A stretch of 64,000 bases of DNA, taken from positions 1 through 64,000 of the IMG/VR virus record IMGVR_UViG_3300037087_000046; one strand, 5' to 3'. Below, piece by piece: positions 62,176 to 64,000 of the stretch (within the stretch, counting starts at the first letter, position 1; the number at the start of each line of letters is the position of its first letter). This DNA is from a virus. Position numbers and translations under genes: made by a program. Under the pieces are notes generated by a model. That model was given only the letters and a program-made list of their open reading frames with translations. It was not told the origin of the DNA and ran no database searches.

Positions 62176-62205
62176 ACTATAGCACGCTACAATCTAATTT
62201 GTCAA
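62176..62205 (-). promoter_or_regulatory. sigma70-type promoter with imperfect palindrome
   Basis: TTGACA-N18-TATAGT; AGATTGTAGC-GT-GCTATAGTCT. Confidence 0.8.
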
Positions 62206-62216
62206 GTCCAATTTTG

Positions 62217-62473
62217 CCCTAATTTCTCACTGATTTTGGGTAACAGGATTTTACCTGAAAAGTAACCCAAATCCTGATCGTTTTTTGGATGAGTCAGTGC
62301 CAAAAAGTAAAACGATCAGTAAAACGATCAGTGATTTTGCTAAGAAAAAGTCCATTCCTGATCAAATTACTGATTTAAGATCATTTTTAGCATTCTAGCC
62401 CACTAGAAAAATATGTGTTATATATATGAAAATGTAGAGTAGGGATTTTTGGGCAAAATCAGTGAATTGCGTC
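62217..62473 (-). repeat. 257-bp long inverted repeat, copy 2
   Basis: reverse complement of 23835-24091. Confidence 0.97.
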
Positions 62474-62481
62474 TTAAATTT

Positions 62482-62513
62482 TATAGTCTATCCAACGAGT
62501 TGGATAGACTATA
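62482..62513. repeat. perfect 15-bp-arm palindrome
   Basis: TATAGTCTATCCAAC-GA-GTTGGATAGACTATA. Confidence 0.9.
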
Positions 62514-62754
62514 TCCTTATGCCATCAGCAATGCCCTTTCCAGACGTTTGTAGCCACTTTAAGTCAATATGCGTGTGTATGGGCGTACAGAGCCAATAAG
62601 ACCCTGAAAAGGGTCTTATCACAACCTTTTACTTTTTCGTCGAAAAATATAAATTCATGCCTACTTTCGTTTTAGCGTGTTTTTTGTATTACTATATATG
62701 AAACTCTTCAACCAGAAGAGTTGCCCCAGAGGGGGACTACGCCGGATGGCATAT

Positions 62755-62791
62755 GGCACACCCGCCTATTAATAGGCGGGTGTGCCTTTTT
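62755..62791 (+). terminator. 32-bp perfect palindrome followed by a T run, just upstream of the packaging/structural genes
   Basis: GGCACACCCGCCTATT-AATAGGCGGGTGTGCC-TTTTT. Confidence 0.75.
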
Positions 62792-62804
62792 ATGAAAGAC
62801 ACCC

Positions 62805-63368
62805 ATGAAACGGATTTTCAACCCCAAGACAAACCAATATGAGTGGGTTCAGGACACTGAACTAAGGCGGGTAACAGACCCTGAAGACCCTCGGCGCTGT
62901 CAAGGCTCTTTCAAGAATGGGCAGTGCCCTCATGTGGCAGTAGAGGGTAGCAAGTATTGTCGGATGCACGGCGGGTGGCGAGCAGCGGTTGCCAAGGAGA
63001 AGTCGGATATGGCGGAATACCTGAAGGGCAGATGGGCGGAAGAAATAAAAACGCTATCAGAGAATGATGGTGTATACAGTTTAAAGCAGAACATTGGGGT
63101 ATTGACCCTATTGATTGAGAAGATTATGGGGGATTGCAATAGCAATGCGGACTTGATTGCTCGCAATGCCTCTATCAGCGATTTGGTTGTGAAGTGTGAC
63201 AAATTGGTAACGAGTTGTAGTAAATTGCAGAAGGACTTGGGAGAGCATCTTGACCGTGGCACAGTTATGAGAATGGCTGATGCTTGTATTGCGGTTATTG
63301 GGAAGTACATTACAGACCCTGAAGAAATTGAATCTGCATCCAATGAGATTTTGGAGTCAATAAAATAA
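62805..63368 (+). CDS. putative terminase small subunit-like protein (C..C..CxxHGG Zn motif)
   Basis: RCQG...QCP...YCRMHGG followed by a helical domain; heads the structural block. Confidence 0.5.
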   Translation: MKRIFNPKTNQYEWVQDTELRRVTDPEDPRRCQGSFKNGQCPHVAVEGSKYCRMHGGWRAAVAKEKSDMAEYLKGRWAEEIKTLSENDGVYSLKQNIGVLTLLIEKIMGDCNSNADLIARNASISDLVVKCDKLVTSCSKLQKDLGEHLDRGTVMRMADACIAVIGKYITDPEEIESASNEILESIK

Positions 63369-63730
63369 TGACAGCAGCCGCATGGGAATTGGTTATAGAG
63401 CAGGGGGTAACTTTTACAGACACCCTTACATTTTGGCAGGACGAAGCCCATACAGTCCCATTTGACATATCAGACTATGATTTTACTGGTTCGGCTCGTT
63501 CTGCCGCAACTGCTTATGAGAAATGGGTAGACTTTGACTATACAAAGACAAATTCAAACACACTTGTAATGTCAGTCATTATCCCGTTTGATGCAGAATA
63601 TGTAACTGGTAAACGGTTTGACACCTATACGGTAGGTGTTTGGGACACTATTATGTCCAAATCCGGTGAAATAGTACGAGTTTTTAATGGGACATTGAAG
63701 ATTAGTCCGGGAGTAACCCGCAGTGTTTAA
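63368..63730 (+). CDS. Ig-fold virion structural protein
   Basis: ELVIEQGVTF...DISDY...VWD....FNG...ISPGVT. Confidence 0.6.
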   Translation: MTAAAWELVIEQGVTFTDTLTFWQDEAHTVPFDISDYDFTGSARSAATAYEKWVDFDYTKTNSNTLVMSVIIPFDAEYVTGKRFDTYTVGVWDTIMSKSGEIVRVFNGTLKISPGVTRSV

Positions 63731-64000
63731 TATTACTGAAACTCCTGGTACAACCATTTATGTAAACAGTGACTCCGCTGGAGACCTTAAACTTGTTCAG
63801 GTAGCCTTGGGAAGTTCTGGTACGGATTTGCCCTCTCAATCTGGTAACAGTGGTAAGGTGCTTGGGACGGATGGTGCAGACCTTTCTTGGGTAGACCCAA
63901 GTGGACTACCGGAACAATCTGGTAATGCTGGTAAGGTACTTGGAACGGATGGGTCAGATTTATCATGGGTAGCCCAAACGGGGGGTGGTAGCAGTTTACC
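63723..64000 (+). CDS. tail-fibre-like repeat protein (partial, runs off the window)
   Basis: GTG start; repeated LPxQSGNxGKVLGTDGxDLSW. Confidence 0.7.
   Translation, partial: MFNITETPGTTIYVNSDSAGDLKLVQVALGSSGTDLPSQSGNSGKVLGTDGADLSWVDPSGLPEQSGNAGKVLGTDGSDLSWVAQTGGGSSL

Overview
This 64 kb window is part of a tailed dsDNA phage genome, probably infecting an anaerobe (it carries class III RNR NrdD and its activase). There are four transcription blocks. (1) Rightward tail/virion genes plus glycosyltransferases and papain-fold enzymes at 1-12.4 kb, with packaging/structural genes starting again at 62.8 kb. (2) A leftward block at 12.5-23.8 kb with a DEDD exonuclease, dNMP kinase, adenine methylase, primase-helicase and a tightly coupled nicotinamidase-vWA-PP2C-Ser/Thr kinase operon. 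(3) A rightward replication/nucleotide-metabolism block at 24.1-54.2 kb with two ParB-like proteins, SNF2 helicase, PolA, ThyX, RNA ligase and an intein-containing NrdD. (4) A leftward block of small early-type genes at 54.9-62.1 kb. The most notable structures seen directly in the sequence: a 257-bp, ~95% identical inverted repeat bracketing a 38-kb segment, each copy followed by an inward-facing promoter; a repeat-flanked stack of two alternative kelch/BNR tail cassettes; a complete sigma54/IHF/enhancer-type promoter next to a (TGGCACGC)10 array; a family of TTGACA-N18-TAGACT promoters with overlapping palindromes; a Pro-initiated class-3-like intein; and a tRNA-Tyr-like RNA behind the RNA ligase. 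All protein calls come from motif recognition by eye; no database searches were run.
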